Assembly (NCBI GenBank): GCA_965202665.1
Contig: OZ241841.1
Span: 1,996,189-2,060,188, forward strand
Direction: 5' to 3'
DNA from: Candidatus Spongiisociaceae bacterium
Lineage (GTDB): Bacteria; Actinomycetota; Acidimicrobiia; Spongiisociales; Spongiisociaceae
DNA length: 64,000 bases
How positions within the stretch are numbered: the first letter of the stretch is position 1; each line of letters opens with the position of its first letter. The position numbers and the translations under genes are program-made. The notes beneath the pieces are model-generated. The model made no database searches. It saw nothing but the letters and a program-made list of their open reading frames with translations, and was not told the origin of the DNA. Shown one piece after another: positions 1 through 10,580 of the stretch.

Positions 1-894
1 GCTGATTTGGAGTTGGGTCCCAGCTTGGCGTATCTGGCCATGGCTGAGGGTGACGCCGACTTCTGGGTGAACAGCTGGTATCCGATTCACAACAGTTGGT
101 TGGCCAACGAGTTGCCGGACGGCTCCTTAGTGGGCGATCATCTTACGGTGGTGGGCGAGGAGATGCCCGCGGGCGGTTTGCAGGGTTTCCTGATCACGAA
201 GAGCTTCGCCGAGGAATACGGGATAACGACGCTTGATGATCTGAACGGCAATCCGGATGCGATCGCCGCGTACGACGCCCAGGATGCCACGCCGGGCAAC
301 GGGGTGGCGGAGATTTACGGTTGTCCGGAGTCGTGGACCTGCGATGACATCATTGAAAGCCAGATCGCGTTTTCGGGCTGGGATAACATCGGCCAGGTGT
401 TGGCCGGGTACGACGCCATGTTCGCGGAGGCGTCGGCGAAGGCCAGCGAGGGGGCTCCGATGGTGGCCTACACTTGGACGCCGAGTTCCTACATCACCCA
501 GTTGCGGCCGGGGGACAACGTAGTGTGGGTGGGGGTGGAGGATGTGCTCGATGATTCCAACCCGTTGGATCGGGAAGGGGGCGAGGAATGGGATCAGCGG
601 CCGGGTACGGCGACTCTGAGTTCGGAGTCCTGCCCGGATGCGGTAGAGCGCGGCACCTGCCAGTTGGGGTGGCTGGCGGCGGACATTTTGGTGACCGCCC
701 GCAACGACCTGTTGGAAAACCATCCGGCGGCGGCCAAGCTGCTGGAGCTGGTCGAGCTGAACGTGGTGGACGTGTCGTTGCAGGTGGTGGCTCAGGACGG
801 CGGAGAAACTCCGAAGGATCTGGCTACGCAGTGGATCGCCAACAACCAGAGCAAGGTTGACTCCTGGTTGGCGGTGGCCCGCGCCTCCGCCTGA
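1..894 (+). CDS. glycine betaine/osmoprotectant ABC transporter substrate-binding protein (ProX/OpuAC-like), 5' end cut by window edge
   Basis: ORF 7..894 is in frame with position 1 and open to the window start. Aromatic-rich OpuAC-type motifs (FWVNSWYPIHNSW). A terminator-like hairpin follows. Confidence 0.5.
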   Translation, partial: ADLELGPSLAYLAMAEGDADFWVNSWYPIHNSWLANELPDGSLVGDHLTVVGEEMPAGGLQGFLITKSFAEEYGITTLDDLNGNPDAIAAYDAQDATPGNGVAEIYGCPESWTCDDIIESQIAFSGWDNIGQVLAGYDAMFAEASAKASEGAPMVAYTWTPSSYITQLRPGDNVVWVGVEDVLDDSNPLDREGGEEWDQRPGTATLSSESCPDAVERGTCQLGWLAADILVTARNDLLENHPAAAKLLELVELNVVDVSLQVVAQDGGETPKDLATQWIANNQSKVDSWLAVARASA

Positions 895-920
895 CGCTGG
901 TTCCTCCGTTTTAACGGAAA

Positions 921-950
921 GGGCGCCCCGCAAGCGGGGCGCCCTTCCTT
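921..950 (+). terminator. intrinsic terminator-like hairpin downstream of the ProX-like gene
   Basis: GGGCGCCCCG-CAAG-CGGGGCGCCC perfect 10-bp stem followed by a TTCCTT run, 27 nt after the stop codon. Confidence 0.45.
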
Positions 951-1182
951 ATGGATTCGCCGACCATCGTGACCATAATCCAGGTGGCCGGCGAGCCCGC
1001 GCGGCGGTTCGCGGAACTCGAAGGGAACCCAGTTCCCGGCGGAACTGGGGGAGTCCGCAGAACCTGCGCTGGCACCCCCAAACATACCATGCCGGTGGGA
1101 ATATTGTCAAATGCCCGTAAGGCGGATGCGGGTTTATCCGACAAGGCGGCGAACGAAGCGCCGTCCTGTGGAAGTCCTTAAA

Positions 1183-1356
1183 AAGACCCGGCCCCAACAG
1201 GGCCGGGTGGTCAAGTGTTTCAAGGGCCTAACGGCCTTGAAACGTAGCGCTAGCGTCATTATACACATTTGTCTTTCGGGTTGTCAAGCCGTCCGCCGAA
1301 TTTCTTCATCATCTCCTGGGCCGGTGGATCGACACTGTTGCCTCGGGGTAGCTGGC
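1183..1356. repeat. copy 1 of a ~175-bp duplicated segment (3' end and terminator region of an NYN-family gene)
   Basis: Near-identical to 1850..2024 by direct comparison. Begins with hairpin ACCCGGCCC-CAACA-GGGCCGGGT, followed on the minus strand by a T-run, so it is a minus-strand terminator. Confidence 0.75.
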
Positions 1357-1445
1357 GGGGCCATGCTCGTTCCGTATGACCACCGGCCACTGGGGCGCTA
1401 GGCGTACTTGGCCAGGACGTTGGTGACGGTTTGGTTGTTGCATAA
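1357..1445 (-). pseudogene. remnant of a second NYN-domain gene (internal fragment fused directly to the repeat)
   Basis: Nucleotides 1362-1395 match 2328-2356 inside the intact NYN gene. Translation APQWPVVIRNEHGP versus [14 protein letters not shown]. The frame is broken by stop codons. Confidence 0.4.
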
Positions 1446-1724
1446 GTGAGGACGATCAGCCGCATCCTCCGCCGCCACGGGATGTTGCGTCTGTGGGAAT
1501 GCGACCCGCTGACCGGCGAACCGCTCAAAATCTCTCCCGGGCCGGTGGTGCGGTATGAACGTGAACGGCTTGGTGAGTTGCTGCATATGGATGTTAAGAA
1601 GCTTTCTTCCATACCGCCCGGCGGTGGATGGAAGACCCACGGCCGGGGCAACGCCCCCGCCGGAGGGGCGGGGTGGACTTTTGTGCACTCTGTCGGAGGA
1701 ACACTACCAACCAGCAGACTGTAA
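1446..1724 (+). mobile_element. IS481-family transposase remnant (central fragment only, no ends)
   Basis: VVRYERERLGELLHMDVKKLSSIPPGGGWKTHGRG matches the IS481 transposase motif RYER..PGEL.H.DVKKLGRIP.GGGW..HGR. The N-terminal HTH and the catalytic DDE region are absent. Confidence 0.5.
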
Positions 1725-1849
1725 CCAACCTACCGGCCATGTACATCTAGGAACAAAGACCTCCCACTGGTCTCTGGCGGCAATCAACCTGTTTCGCGGA
1801 GGCGGGTTTGCGCGGCGGGGCGACGCGCGGTCTTTTGAGAGCGGTTAAG

Positions 1850-2024
1850 AAGACCCGGCCCTAACAGGGCCGGGTGAGTAACTGTTTCAAGGACCTAACG
1901 GCCTTGAAACGTAGCGCTGGCGTCATTATACATATTTGTCTTTCGGGTTGTCAAGTCGTCTGCCGATTTTTTCTTCACCATCCCCGGGGTCGGTGGACGG
2001 ACCCCACTGCCTCGGGTAGTTGGC
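1850..2024. repeat. copy 2 of the ~175-bp duplicated segment; overlaps the last 17 codons and terminator of the NYN gene
   Basis: Direct sequence comparison with 1183..1356. Confidence 0.75.
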
Positions 2025-2712
2025 AAGATGTGAAATCCGCTTTTGACAGTTGGTACCACCAATGTCCGCCCCTGCCATCCGTCGGCTTGCCCCGCAGATC
2101 CCCGGCTCTTGGAGAGGGGCTGGGGTTAACGGTGCCGATTGGGGCCCGTAGGCGACATGCTTGGATGGGCAACCGCAGATCGCTGTCGTTGGAGATGACG
2201 ATTGCGGCGTCGACGCGTCCTTTTAGTACATCCAGTAGCAGATGCGAGGCTACGTTCACGTCTGAGCCTTTTTCTTCGATTCGCAGATAGGAGACCATGA
2301 ACCGGGCGTTGGGAACGGCTGCGCCCTGCTCGTTCTGTATAACCACCGGCCACCGGGACGTGACGATCGAAGGACGACCCTCTTGGTCTTTGGTCGCAAG
2401 TAGCCCGTTTCTCACCCTGGTGCTGAAACGGCCTTGTTCCAAGTGGTCGATGGAGCGGTGATCCTGTAACGCTCTAACGTAGGCATCTTGGTCCAGGCGC
2501 CCTTGGCGGTTGTGTTGACCGTCGATGAAGGCGGTGCAGTAGACGATCCGCTCGATTACCGCTCCCTGCTCCGTCCAGTCGCGCCGCCGGTCGATCAATC
2601 GTTGGCTCAGCTGGCGGAGGTCGAGCCATCGCCATTCGGGGATTCCCCGGCCGAACAGGGCCCTGCCCCCGTAGTAGAGGTTGAAGCCGTCAATGTACAC
2701 GCCCACTTTCAT
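1975..2712 (-). CDS. NYN-domain (LabA-like, PIN-fold) protein
   Basis: An internal Met at codon 280 of ORF 1975..3549 gives [16 protein letters not shown], a typical NYN N-terminus. The upstream part of that ORF is antisense to ppc. The gene is divergent from ppc with a 66-bp spacer. Confidence 0.6.
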   Translation of the reverse strand: MKVGVYIDGFNLYYGGRALFGRGIPEWRWLDLRQLSQRLIDRRRDWTEQGAVIERIVYCTAFIDGQHNRQGRLDQDAYVRALQDHRSIDHLEQGRFSTRVRNGLLATKDQEGRPSIVTSRWPVVIQNEQGAAVPNARFMVSYLRIEEKGSDVNVASHLLLDVLKGRVDAAIVISNDSDLRLPIQACRLRAPIGTVNPSPSPRAGDLRGKPTDGRGGHWWYQLSKADFTSCQLPEAVGSVHRPRGW

Positions 2713-2778
2713 GTTTCTCTCCCGGTAGCGGATGCTCGGATGACCCGCCCAATATAACCGGCGGGTAGATTTACGGAT

Positions 2779-5511
2779 ATGGGAACCGAACCAGCGGAAA
2801 TAGGCGGCGGCGCCGAGGCGGGGGCGGACCCGTTGGAGGTGGTGGACGCCGAACTGCGGGCCGACATCCGGCGGTTGGGCCGGCAATTGGGCGACACGCT
2901 GGTCCGCCAGCACGGGGAGGACCTGTTGGAGTCGGTGGAGGCGGTCCGCACCCTTTCCCGGCGGTTGCGCCTCGCCGAATCGGAGGTTTCCCGGGAGCTG
3001 ACCGAACTGCTGGCCGCCGCCGATCCGGAACGGGCCAGCCTGTTGGTGGGGGCCTTTACCGTCTACTTCCATTTGGCCAATGTGACCGAGCAGGTCCATC
3101 GGGTGGAGGATATGAACGCCGAGGGGGACACCTCCGAACGGCGTTTTGCGGAAACCTTGCGCGCCCTGGTGGAGGGCGGGGTTGCGGCGGACGAAGTAGC
3201 GGCCTTGGTTAACCGCACCGCCCTCAAGCCGGTGTTCACCGCCCACCCCACTGAAGCCACACGCCGTTCGGTGTTGGAAAAGTTGGCCGAAATCGCCCAA
3301 GCCACCGCCGCCCGCAATCGCGAGCGGGCCACTCCCTCCGACCGGGCCCGCATCGATCGGCGGATCAACGAACTGTTGGAGGCCGTGTGGCAGACCGACG
3401 AGATTCGCGCCCGCCGCCCCGATCCGATCGACGAGGCCCGGTTTGTCCGTTACTACTTGGATCAGACCATCCGCGAGGCGATGCCCGCCTTGCTGGATTC
3501 CATCGCGGCCGGGATGGGGGCCATCGGAGGGGAGCTGGCCCCCGCCCACTCCCCAATTAGGTTCGGGTCATGGGTGGGCGGCGACCGGGACGGAAATCCC
3601 AATGTGACCCCGGAGATGACCGAAGCGGTGTTGCTCCAGCAACGCCGGGAATCACTGGAAATCCTCCAAGACCAGGTGCGGGAGTTGGCAAGTCAGATGA
3701 GCGTCGGTTCGCAAGTGGCGGGGGCGCCCGCCGAGATGCGCCAGTTCATCGCCCGCCACCAATCCGACTTCGCCGAAGAGTTGGCTGCCGGGGATCCGGA
3801 TCAGCCCTACCGCCTGGCCTGCTCCGTCATCTTCCAGCGGTTGCGGGAGGCCCGGGACGGGGGTCGGCGCGGCTACCGCAGTCCGGGGGAGATGCAGGCC
3901 GATTTGGCTGCGCTGGATGCGTCGTTGCGGGCCAACAAAGGTGAGTTGCTGGCCGAGGGACGGTTGGCCCGGTTGCGGCGGACGGTGGATATGATCGGGT
4001 TCCACTTGGCCGCCTTGGACATCCGCCAGCACACCGACAGCCACCACGATGCGGTGGCCGCCCTCGCCGCCCCCCTCGGCGTTGATTACGCCGCCGCCGA
4101 CCGCGCCGCCCGTATCGCTTACCTGTCCAAGGAGTTGGACAGCCCCCGCCCGCTGGCCCCGCCCGGCCGGGAAGACGTTCCGGAGGCCCTGGCCCTGTTT
4201 GAAACGTTGCGCCGATGCCTGGATGAGTTGGGCGATGAGGTGGTGGACTCCTACATTATTTCCATGACCGCCGGCCCGGACGATGTGCTGGCCGCGGTGG
4301 TTCTGGCCCGGGAGGTGGGGTTGGTGGACTTGGACCAGGGCGTTGCCCGGCTGGACTTCGTTCCCCTGTTTGAAACCATCGACGACCTGCGTTCCCTGGG
4401 CGAAACCCTTACCGCCCTGTTTGCCATTCCCGCCTACCGGAGGCTGGTGGAGGCGCGGGGCGGGGTGCAGGAGGTGATGGTCGGCTACTCCGACTCCAAC
4501 AAAGACGGCGGAATAACCACTTCGCAATGGGAGATTTACAAGGCGTTGCAGGCGATTCGGGATGTTTCCGAAGCGACCGGGGTGCGGGTGGAGGTGTTTC
4601 ACGGCCGGGGCGGTTCCATCGGCAGGGGGGGCGGTCCCACCCACGCCGCCATTCTCAGCCAGCCGGACGGGGTGTTGGACGGGGTGGTCAAATTCACCGA
4701 ACAAGGCGAGGTGATCGCCGACAAATACGGGTTGCCGGAGCTGGCCGTTCAGAACCTGGATTTGGCCCTGTCGGCTTTGGTGGAGGCCTCGGCGGGCGGC
4801 TCCGCTCCTCCGGCCGACCCGGCGGACGCCGGCCGCTGGAGCCAAATAATGGACCTGATGTCGGAGGCCGCCTATCGGGCCTACCGCGACTTCGCGCAGA
4901 CCCCCGGAATGGTGGAATATTTCGTTTCTTCCACTCCGGTGGAGGAGTTGGCCAGTCTGAACATCGGCTCCCGTCCCGCCCGCCGGGTGGAAGGCGGGGG
5001 GGATGTGGCCGACCTGCGGGCCATCCCCTGGGTGTTCGGTTGGACCCAGTCCCGCCAGATCATCCCCGGTTGGTTCGGGGTGGGGGCCGGGTTGGAGGCG
5101 GTGCGGGAAGCCGGATACGGGGAGGAGGCCTCCCGGATGTACCGGGAGTGGCCTTTTTTCCGGATGTTCGTTTCCAATGTGGAGATGACCTTGGTCAAAA
5201 CCGATCTGGGGATCGCCCGCCATTACGTAAACAACCTGACCCCCCCCGAACACCGGGGCTTGCTGGAGGTGATCTCCGCCGAGCATCGTCGCACCGTTTC
5301 CGGTTTGACGGCGGTGACCGGAGCGGAATTGTTGGCCGACCGCCCCCTCCTGCGGCGCACTTTGACCGTGCGGGACGCCTACCTGGATCCCCTGAACGTG
5401 CTTCAGGTGGAGTTGCTGTCGCGCACCCGGGCGGGCGAAGCCGACAAACACCAGCGGGCCCTGTCGCTGACCATCAACGGCATCGCCGCCGGAATGCGCA
5501 ACACCGGCTGA
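2779..5511 (+). CDS. ppc: phosphoenolpyruvate carboxylase
   Basis: 910 aa; PEPC signatures VFTAHPTE and [10 protein letters not shown]. Confidence 0.95.
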   Translation: MGTEPAEIGGGAEAGADPLEVVDAELRADIRRLGRQLGDTLVRQHGEDLLESVEAVRTLSRRLRLAESEVSRELTELLAAADPERASLLVGAFTVYFHLANVTEQVHRVEDMNAEGDTSERRFAETLRALVEGGVAADEVAALVNRTALKPVFTAHPTEATRRSVLEKLAEIAQATAARNRERATPSDRARIDRRINELLEAVWQTDEIRARRPDPIDEARFVRYYLDQTIREAMPALLDSIAAGMGAIGGELAPAHSPIRFGSWVGGDRDGNPNVTPEMTEAVLLQQRRESLEILQDQVRELASQMSVGSQVAGAPAEMRQFIARHQSDFAEELAAGDPDQPYRLACSVIFQRLREARDGGRRGYRSPGEMQADLAALDASLRANKGELLAEGRLARLRRTVDMIGFHLAALDIRQHTDSHHDAVAALAAPLGVDYAAADRAARIAYLSKELDSPRPLAPPGREDVPEALALFETLRRCLDELGDEVVDSYIISMTAGPDDVLAAVVLAREVGLVDLDQGVARLDFVPLFETIDDLRSLGETLTALFAIPAYRRLVEARGGVQEVMVGYSDSNKDGGITTSQWEIYKALQAIRDVSEATGVRVEVFHGRGGSIGRGGGPTHAAILSQPDGVLDGVVKFTEQGEVIADKYGLPELAVQNLDLALSALVEASAGGSAPPADPADAGRWSQIMDLMSEAAYRAYRDFAQTPGMVEYFVSSTPVEELASLNIGSRPARRVEGGGDVADLRAIPWVFGWTQSRQIIPGWFGVGAGLEAVREAGYGEEASRMYREWPFFRMFVSNVEMTLVKTDLGIARHYVNNLTPPEHRGLLEVISAEHRRTVSGLTAVTGAELLADRPLLRRTLTVRDAYLDPLNVLQVELLSRTRAGEADKHQRALSLTINGIAAGMRNTG

Positions 5512-5521
5512 CCCGCGCCGG

Positions 5522-7056
5522 TCAGGTTTTAAAGTAAACCGCCGTCCGCCGGGACCCTTCCATCCGCAGTCGGCCTTGGTCCCGTAACCGCCGTAGCAGG
5601 TGGGTGGCTCTGGTGGGGTCAATCAGGCACAATTCGGCTACTTCGCTCCGAGTTATGGAGCCGTTGGCCTCCACATAGTTCATCACCAGCCGTTCCCGTC
5701 TGGCCCACCTGCTGGCCCGCTGGTTTAAGCCAGTCCCAGATTCAACTGGATGGATTTGGGGCAACGGCGCTGTTGGGCCTTGGAACTGGTATTCATTTCT
5801 GGCCTCGTAAAATTCCATCAGATCCGACAGGGGAAACCGTTGGCCGTTGCGGCTCCCCTCCCTAAGTTGCCGGACCATTTGCTTGTCGGCCAATCCGGGG
5901 GCGACGCGGGCTACAACCTGGCGTGGGTCGCTACCGCCGTAATCGGGCGGCGGGCGCCCCAGCAACAGCTGTCCCTCAAAAATACGAGCGATGCCCCGTC
6001 CGGTGCGTTCCACCAGGCCGGCCCCTTTGAAAGCATCGACCAGCCGGGGATTGCGCGCCCGGGGAGGAGCGATTATTAGATTGGCGAGGGTTATCCCCTC
6101 CGGAAAGCCGCCGGGGTTGGAGACCGTTAGCGCGCCGTCGCTGATCTGCACCAGCGTCATTCCCTGATCCGCGTAGTCGCGATGGATGAGGGCGTTGGCG
6201 ATCAGTTCGCGGATGGTTACTTCGGCGAAATGAGGCAAACCGATGCGCTGGGAATCGAGATCCATTTCTTCTTCGGAGTTGCGGGCCCGCACCCGGTCGG
6301 ATATTTCCGCCATTGCCTTGAGCAACGGGATGCGCCGTATCTCATTGACCCGTACCTGCAGATGATCCAGCTCTTGAAAGCCGACTTCGTAGGCGGGCAG
6401 ATGTTTGGCGATGGCCTTTTCTTTGCCGAATAACAACAAAGCCCCTACCGTGATGTTTTCCTCCGAGTCGGTGAGGTTCAGGGCTTGCAGAAGGTCATGG
6501 TCGGAGAGACTGGTTAGGGTTTTGTCGCCGTCTGATTCCGCCATCTCCCGGAAACGGGAAAATTCGGCATCGGAAAGATCGCTCTTGGTCGCCGCAGATA
6601 AAGTTACGCTGGAAAAATCCAGCACGCCGATGCTGCCCGCTCGCCCCACCACTTATGGGGCCGCATAGGAAGACACTCCGGTTGCCCGTGTATGTCCAGC
6701 GTTCGGCGTAGGAACTTGCCGGACTTGGTGGAAACAACATCCTGTCCAACCGGGACCTTAACGGCGATCACTTCCTTGCCGTTGATGGGTACCACCTGTA
6801 CGGCGGCATCTACCGCTGGTTCGGTGCGGCTGGCGATCAACGCTTGCAGTCGCTCTGGATCTGTGTGCCTGCCGTGACGAGGTTCAGCTCCGGTGATATT
6901 TCCTTGGTCGTCAACCCCGACCAGAAGCCAGCCTCCGCGTCCGTTGGCTAAACAGACCACCGATTCCACTAGATCCTTGTCGTTTGCGCGACTTTTGAAC
7001 TCGACGTTGAGCGTCTCGCCTTCGGAAACCAGGCCCTGGAGAGTTGTAGTGTCCAT
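5522..7056 (-). pseudogene. AlbA_2 (Schlafen-like) + HATPase_c_4 + wHTH putative ATP-dependent DNA-binding regulator, interrupted by a frameshift near 6605-6650
   Basis: ORF 6604..7056 carries the AlbA_2 domain (LNVEFKS...GGWLLVGVDD...KFLRRTLDIHGQPECLPMRP). ORF 5522..6652 continues in another frame with SIGVLDFSS, then the ELIANALIHRDY HATPase motif and a C-terminal wHTH. The two ORFs overlap by 49 nt. Confidence 0.65.
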
Positions 7057-7298
7057 ATGGCTATTATACCACTTTAGGCCAGGTTTTGCGTTTCGGGTTT
7101 GTAAGGGGTGTTGTTAAAGTTTGTATAGCTCTGGTTTTTTTGCGCATTTTTTGGGTTTGCGCTTATAATTTTTGTAAAATGAGGGAACTTTTTTGTTAAA
7201 GTTTGTAAAGGCCCCTGATTTTACGTCATTTTAGAGGCCAGTTTTGCGTAAAATTTTCTGGGGTGCCAAAAACAGGGGATTTTTTACGCGGATGGGTT
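7057..7298. other. AT-rich non-coding spacer with short direct repeats (GTTAAAGTTTGTA twice), atypical for this GC-rich genome
   Basis: Composition and repeats read directly. It lies between the stop of the gcvT-like gene and the start of the AlbA_2 gene. Confidence 0.5.
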
Positions 7299-8423
7299 TT
7301 AAAATTTTACGGGGGTGATGAAAGGGAGGGGGTGGGCGACGGCGGTGCGGGGGAGGCCGTCCGCCTCGGTTTGCAGTCGGGTTTCGGGTTGGGCGCAGGG
7401 GCTTTCCACGAACACGTAGCCCAGGTTGGTCTCGAAGCGGGGGGAGTAGCAGGCCGACGTCAACACCCCCACCGTCCGTCCTCCGGCGGTTACCGGGCGG
7501 TGTTCGGGGAAGGCCGTTATAGGCGGGCCGTCGATGTAGGCGCCGGTCAGCAGGCGATGGGGCGGGCGCTCCGCCAACTCCTCCAAGGCGGCCCGTCCCA
7601 CGAAGTCCGTCCCGGGCGGGAACTCAACCAGCCTCCCGAACCCCAACTCGTAAGGGTTCACCGAATCGTTCATGTCGGTTCCGTAGGAAAGAATGCCCCC
7701 CTCCATGCGGCGAATCTGGTTGGGGGAGCCGGGTTGCGCTCCATAGGGTTCCCCCGCCGCGAACACCCGGTCCCACAGCCGCCCTCCCTCCGCTGCATCG
7801 GTCAGGAAAACCTCGTAGCCGAACTCGCCCGACCAGCCGGTGCGCGACACCAAAAGTTCCATTCCGTCCAGACGGGTCCAGGCCGCCCGGTAGTAGCCCA
7901 GGTTGGCGATGTCCTCCCCGAACAGATCGGTCGCCAAAGCTTTTGATTTGGGTCCCTGGATCTGCAGGGGCGAAACGTCGGGCTCGCGCACTTCCACTGC
8001 AAATCCCCGTTCGGCGGCTATGGCCTGCGCCCACAGCAACACATCCCGGTCGGCCAGCGACAGCCAAAACCGGTCTTCGGCCACTCGCAACAACACCGGA
8101 TCGTTCACCACGCCCCCCCGGTGATTGCACAGAAACGTGTAGCGGGCCCGGGCCACCTCCATCCGGGAAACATCCCGGGTGCACAGGTACTGGGTGAGCG
8201 CCAAGGCGTCCCGCCCGCGGATTTCCACCTGCCGCTGGCATCCCACATCCCAGACGGCCACGTCCTCCACCAAGGCCCGGTATTCCTCCAGCGTCCCGGC
8301 GAATCGGCTGGGCAGAATCATATGGTTGTAGACCGTGGCCCCTTTGGCCCCGGCGGCCAAGGCCCGCTCCAAAAAAGGGGAGGGGCGGAGACGGGGGGTG
8401 CGTTCCAGGGCCAGGTCATCCAT
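7299..8423 (-). CDS. glycine-cleavage T-protein family aminomethyltransferase (GcvT/DmdA-like, folate-dependent)
   Basis: 374 aa with a GcvT-fold sequence. Start overlaps the MFS stop by 8 nt (operon). Confidence 0.7.
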   Translation of the reverse strand: MDDLALERTPRLRPSPFLERALAAGAKGATVYNHMILPSRFAGTLEEYRALVEDVAVWDVGCQRQVEIRGRDALALTQYLCTRDVSRMEVARARYTFLCNHRGGVVNDPVLLRVAEDRFWLSLADRDVLLWAQAIAAERGFAVEVREPDVSPLQIQGPKSKALATDLFGEDIANLGYYRAAWTRLDGMELLVSRTGWSGEFGYEVFLTDAAEGGRLWDRVFAAGEPYGAQPGSPNQIRRMEGGILSYGTDMNDSVNPYELGFGRLVEFPPGTDFVGRAALEELAERPPHRLLTGAYIDGPPITAFPEHRPVTAGGRTVGVLTSACYSPRFETNLGYVFVESPCAQPETRLQTEADGLPRTAVAHPLPFITPVKF

Positions 8424-9576
8424 CAGGTTTCAAATCTCCCGATTCGGAGTCGGCGGGGGCGGAGGATTTCCGGTGGCGGTAGGCCAGCCAGAAGGTAAAG
8501 GCCAAAGCCCCGGTCGCCAGCAGCGAAACCGCTGGCCGCAGGGTGTTGATGCGGTCGAACCACGCTCCTACCAGGGCCACCGTAACCCCGCCGATGGCCG
8601 CCGCGGCGGTCAGTCCCAAGGTTACGGCGCGCAACGCCAACGGCGGGGGCATTTCCCGGTCGGCGGCCAGGCCCATCAATCCCCACACCGGATAGTGGAA
8701 GGCCGCGTAGCAGAGGGCCGTCGCCGCCAAGGCCGCGTATGACCAGAAGTTGGCCGCGGCCAGCAACGCCGCCGTATAGATGGAGGCGGTTACCACTATG
8801 GCGCGCACCGGCCCGGCGCGGTCGGCCAAAGACCCGATGGGGGCGGCCGTCGCCAGAACCGTCAACCCGATCAGCCACCACAGGGCGGCGGCCGCCAACG
8901 GTCCCGCCCCCAACTCGTCGACGGCCGCCACCGTCAAATAGACCCCCATCGTGAAACCGGTTACCGCGGTGGACACCGAGGTGATGATCACCGTCCGTCC
9001 GGCGGTCATCCCCCACACCGCCCGCAACGAACCCGACCGCTCCGGCGGGGGCCCCACCGGGGGGAGGGGCCGCCTGATCATGATGGGGACCGCCGCCGTC
9101 GCTACCGCCGCGCACCCGGCGGCGAACAGGAAGGCCAGTCGCCAATTCTCCGTTCCGGTCAGGGACCAGATGAAGAAACCGTTCAGGGCGGTCCCGATGC
9201 CCGTGCCTGAAGAGGCCATGCTCATCACCAGCCCCCGCCGTTGCGCGTCCGTCACCCGCCCGGCGGACTGCAGGGTGGAGGCCCAGTTGAGGGGGGCCGA
9301 CATACCGAGGGTGACCACGCACAGGGCCAGCACCGGGGCGGAACGGACCGACGACACCAAGAGAAGCCCGGCCCCGGTCAGGGCGTAGGTTCCCATCAAC
9401 AGCCTCCGCAAACCGAAGCGGGCCGCCACCCGGGGGGTCAGGGCCGCCCCCAGGCTGTAGGCGAACATGGCGGCCGACACCGCCAAGCCCAGCGCCCCGT
9501 AGCCGGAGTCCATGGAACGCGAGATGCGGGGCAACATGGCGGGAATCAAACCCATCCCGAACCCGTGGGTGACCAT
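8416..9576 (-). CDS. MFS transporter
   Basis: 386 aa, polytopic and hydrophobic, with MFS-like helices. Sits between the FDH FeS gene and the gcvT-like gene. Confidence 0.65.
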   Translation of the reverse strand: MVTHGFGMGLIPAMLPRISRSMDSGYGALGLAVSAAMFAYSLGAALTPRVAARFGLRRLLMGTYALTGAGLLLVSSVRSAPVLALCVVTLGMSAPLNWASTLQSAGRVTDAQRRGLVMSMASSGTGIGTALNGFFIWSLTGTENWRLAFLFAAGCAAVATAAVPIMIRRPLPPVGPPPERSGSLRAVWGMTAGRTVIITSVSTAVTGFTMGVYLTVAAVDELGAGPLAAAALWWLIGLTVLATAAPIGSLADRAGPVRAIVVTASIYTAALLAAANFWSYAALAATALCYAAFHYPVWGLMGLAADREMPPPLALRAVTLGLTAAAAIGGVTVALVGAWFDRINTLRPAVSLLATGALAFTFWLAYRHRKSSAPADSESGDLKPDG

Positions 9577-9629
9577 GATCCCCCAACCGAAGAGAACCCC
9601 GGCCGCCGGAGCTTTGAGACGGGGCCCGG

Positions 9630-10580
9630 TCAGGAGCGGGCCCTCCGCAGAACTTCGTCGATGGGGGTGGATGCCAAGTCGCCCACCTCCTGCACGTATT
9701 CATACCCGAACCGCCCTTTGATGCACAGGTGGCCGGAGGTTATCGCATGGTCCATGGGGGAAGTCACCTTGACGATCCGGTTGTCCTGCACATGCAGTTC
9801 CAGGTTGCAGCCCACCCCGCAGTAGGAGCAGACGGTCCGCGTCACGGTCTGACGTTCCTCCGCCCACATCTCCGCCTCCCGCAGTTCGTGTTCGCTGCGG
9901 AACATAAGAGCCCCGGTGGGGCAAACCCCGATGCAGTTACCGCAGAACACGCAGGCCGAGTCGGTCAGCCCGGTGTCGAATTCGGTGGAAATGCGGGCCT
10001 CGAATCCCCGCCCTGCCACCGCGATGGCGAATGTATTCTGGGCGTCTTCGCCGCAGGCCTCTACGCACTTGTAGCAGAGTATGCACCGGGAATAGTCCCT
10101 GATGTACAAGGCGTTGTCCACTTTTACCGGTTGCCGCACGGTTTCCGCCTCCTGTCCGTTGACGGGGGGATGATGGCCCGCCGTCCGCCGATCGCGGTCC
10201 TCGGCGGGGGGAGCGGGCGGCCCATAACGGCGCGGGTCGCATCCGTACTCTTCCATCCAGCGGCGGGTTTCCCCGTCTACCAGATCCAGGTCCGTGGAGG
10301 AGGCCAGAAATTCCAGCACCATACGCCGGGAAAGACGCACCCGTTCGCTGTCGGTGAAGACCGCCATCCCCTCCTCCGCCGGGCGGCTGCAGGAGGGGAT
10401 CAGGGTGCGGGAGCCCTCCACTTCCACCACGCACACCCGGCAGACGTTCACCGGGGTCAAGTTTTCCAGATAGCAGAGGGTGGGTTGACCGAGGCCCGCC
10501 GTCCGGCAGGCGTCCAGAATGGTGTCCCCGGCGGCGACGGTCACCTCCGTTCCGTCGATGGTGATGGTCGTTTCACCCAT
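9630..10580 (-). CDS. fdhA: formate dehydrogenase alpha subunit, N-terminal FeS module encoded as a separate gene (2Fe-2S + two 4Fe-4S + start of the Mo domain)
   Basis: NuoG/FdsA-like N-terminus: CRVCVVEVEG, CILCYKCVEAC, CVFCGNCIGVCP, CSYCGVGCNLELHV, GHLCIKGRFGYEY. Ends 20 aa later with a non-homologous tail. Start overlaps the NuoEF stop (ATGGGTGA). Confidence 0.8.
   Translation of the reverse strand: MGETTITIDGTEVTVAAGDTILDACRTAGLGQPTLCYLENLTPVNVCRVCVVEVEGSRTLIPSCSRPAEEGMAVFTDSERVRLSRRMVLEFLASSTDLDLVDGETRRWMEEYGCDPRRYGPPAPPAEDRDRRTAGHHPPVNGQEAETVRQPVKVDNALYIRDYSRCILCYKCVEACGEDAQNTFAIAVAGRGFEARISTEFDTGLTDSACVFCGNCIGVCPTGALMFRSEHELREAEMWAEERQTVTRTVCSYCGVGCNLELHVQDNRIVKVTSPMDHAITSGHLCIKGRFGYEYVQEVGDLASTPIDEVLRRARS

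Noticed and set aside
1398-1688. 96-aa minus-strand ORF overlapping the IS481 transposase remnant
   Set aside because: No motif. It lies antisense to a recognisable transposase fragment inside a decayed region.
3652-5622. 656-aa ORF antisense to ppc; likewise 14115..16127 (antisense to fhs/FDH), 33406..35613 and 29680..31908 (antisense to rpoC/rpoB), 16473..17498 and 18128..18961 (antisense to proV/proW), 19732..21108
   Set aside because: These are typical GC-rich shadow ORFs on the strand opposite strongly supported genes. No recognisable domains.
8423-9703. 426-aa same-strand alternative-frame ORF over the MFS gene; also 12548..13597, 21374..22306 and 22567..24531
   Set aside because: Pro/Arg/Gly-rich frame-shifted translations of real genes. 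The exception is the 3' end of 12384..13682, which I use as the true C-terminus of the formate dehydrogenase.
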